Positions 25,548-26,621 of a stretch of 26,621 nucleotides of DNA are shown here, in pieces. Made by a program: the position numbers and the translations under genes. The stretch covers positions 1-26,621 of the forward strand of contig DATJFX010000008.1 in assembly GCA_035495465.1 (NCBI GenBank), in the 5' to 3' direction. A model generated the notes under the pieces. It saw nothing but the letters and a program-made list of their open reading frames with translations, searched no databases and was not told the origin of the DNA. The DNA comes from Candidatus Methylomirabilota bacterium. Its GTDB lineage: Bacteria; Patescibacteriota; Doudnabacteria; UBA920; O2-02-FULL-48-8. Numbering within the stretch: the stretch's first letter is position 1; every line of letters begins with the position of its first letter.

Positions 25548-26465
25548 TTATTTCTGACAAAATGGACAATATGAGCTCGTACGACCCCCTAATTTTAAAC
25601 TTTTAATAACTCTACCACAAACTTTACATTTCTCCCCAGCGCGGCCATAAACCATGTGAATTTTCCCATATGTGCCCCAATCCCCCGAAGGCCTGACAAA
25701 ATCTCCGACGGATGAACCATGATGATGGACTGCGTCTGTTAAAACTTTTTTTATACCCTTAAATAAAAGCTTGCGTTCTTTAGAATTTAAAGTTTTAACC
25801 AAGCGCATGGGCCGAACTTTTGCGTAAAACATTATTTCATCCGAATAAATATTGCCGATCCCCGCAATTAAATTCGGATCAAGTAAAAATTGCTTAAGCT
25901 TTGCTTTTGGCCTTTTCTTTAAAATCGACTCGAAAACTTCCAAAGTAAATTTATCGTCCAGCGGTTCTGGTCCGTACTCCGCAAGTTCCGGAACATGCGG
26001 CAGCTCTTTATCGGAAACCAATTTCAAATACCCAAACTGACGAAAGTCATTGTAAAAAAGTCTGGAGCCGTCAGTAAACTCAAAAATCACATGCGTGGAT
26101 TTGGCTGGCAGACGAACTGGAATGGTATTCTGAATATTTAAAAGTTTAACTTGCTTGTCTAAATATTTTTTACCTAGAAAAATTAGTTGGCCGGTCATTT
26201 TCAGATGAACTAGAATGGCATATTTGCCAGCTAAATCCATAATAATCATTTTCGCCCGGCGAGAAACATCTGTGAATTTTTTGTGCTTTAAAGTTTTCGC
26301 AAAAGCTTTAGCAGCCTCTTCTGAAGGCTTGCGAAGATTCGACAAAGTCCCCGGACCCATGGCGACCATTTTCGGCATCAGGATTCGGACTTCCTTGATA
26401 ACTTTATTTCTCAGTAGCGGCCGCAGTTCCCTGACTACTGTTTCGACTTCGGGTAGCTCTGGCAT
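25548..26465 (-). CDS. mutM: Formamidopyrimidine-DNA glycosylase
   Basis: MPELPEVET N-terminus, RRAK, HLKMTG, D.RQFG, LGPEP-like YGPEP, AGIGNIYSDE, and a C-terminal CxxC..CxxC finger. Confidence 0.97.
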   Translation of the reverse strand: MPELPEVETVVRELRPLLRNKVIKEVRILMPKMVAMGPGTLSNLRKPSEEAAKAFAKTLKHKKFTDVSRRAKMIIMDLAGKYAILVHLKMTGQLIFLGKKYLDKQVKLLNIQNTIPVRLPAKSTHVIFEFTDGSRLFYNDFRQFGYLKLVSDKELPHVPELAEYGPEPLDDKFTLEVFESILKKRPKAKLKQFLLDPNLIAGIGNIYSDEIMFYAKVRPMRLVKTLNSKERKLLFKGIKKVLTDAVHHHGSSVGDFVRPSGDWGTYGKIHMVYGRAGEKCKVCGRVIKSLKLGGRTSSYCPFCQK

Positions 26466-26487
26466 GGGGTAATTATAGCAAAAACAA

Positions 26488-26514
26488 AAACAGTCCCGAT
26501 AATCGGGACTGTTT
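26488..26514. terminator. Terminator hairpin
   Basis: AAACAGTCCCGAT-A-ATCGGGACTGTTT. Confidence 0.75.
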
Positions 26515-26526
26515 AAAATTTTATAG

Positions 26527-26621
26527 CTAATGATACAGGGTATGTTTGGTGTAGGATGGTTTGTGTTTCAGAAGTTCTTTATCCGTAAACCATACTGCTA
26601 CTTCGGTTTTAGCTTCTTCTA
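26527..26621 (-). CDS. ndk: 3' end of a gene, probably nucleoside diphosphate kinase (partial)
   Basis: Manual translation ...EEAKTEVAVWFTDKELLKHKPSYTKHTLYH* resembles the NDK C-terminal E.A..EI.LWF...EL. Only 30 aa are visible. Confidence 0.5.
   Translation of the reverse strand, partial: EEAKTEVAVWFTDKELLKHKPSYTKHTLYH

Overview
A ~40% GC bacterial chromosome segment in genetic code 11, most consistent with a Patescibacteria (CPR) genome; this taxonomy is inferred from gene content. From left to right: (1) A minus-strand envelope block containing a type IV pilin, pilC, pilB, a TPR membrane protein, a glycan locus (initiating sugar transferase, GDP-mannose 3,5-epimerase, two GT2, one GT4, a Wzy-like protein, an O-antigen-ligase/TPR protein) and a 650-aa acidic S-layer-like protein with a consensus promoter and a long leader. 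(2) A plus-strand housekeeping block: tRNA-Gly, tRNA-Pro, rpmF, nusB and HU. (3) A ~3.8-kb higher-GC accessory region (16645-20501) with 11 tiny minus-strand orphan ORFs in modules of 3+3+3+2. The modules are bounded or separated by two families of repeated structured elements: A, with extensive covariation, and B, with a 64/65-nt identical core. Wobble and tandem G.A patterns suggest both fold on the antisense (+) strand. The genes share a stereotyped U-tract/CA/GC-hairpin/SD initiation module. A leader motif and promoter are shared with a separate orphan gene at 23.1 kb. (4) groEL/groES, a nucleotidyltransferase-like gene, a hypothetical gene, mutM and a probable ndk 3' end. GxxExxY and DUF559 nuclease genes in this part are each bracketed by their own inverted structured repeats. 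The small-ORF/structured-RNA array is the best candidate for an undescribed system. All alignments and folds were done by eye and no databases were searched.
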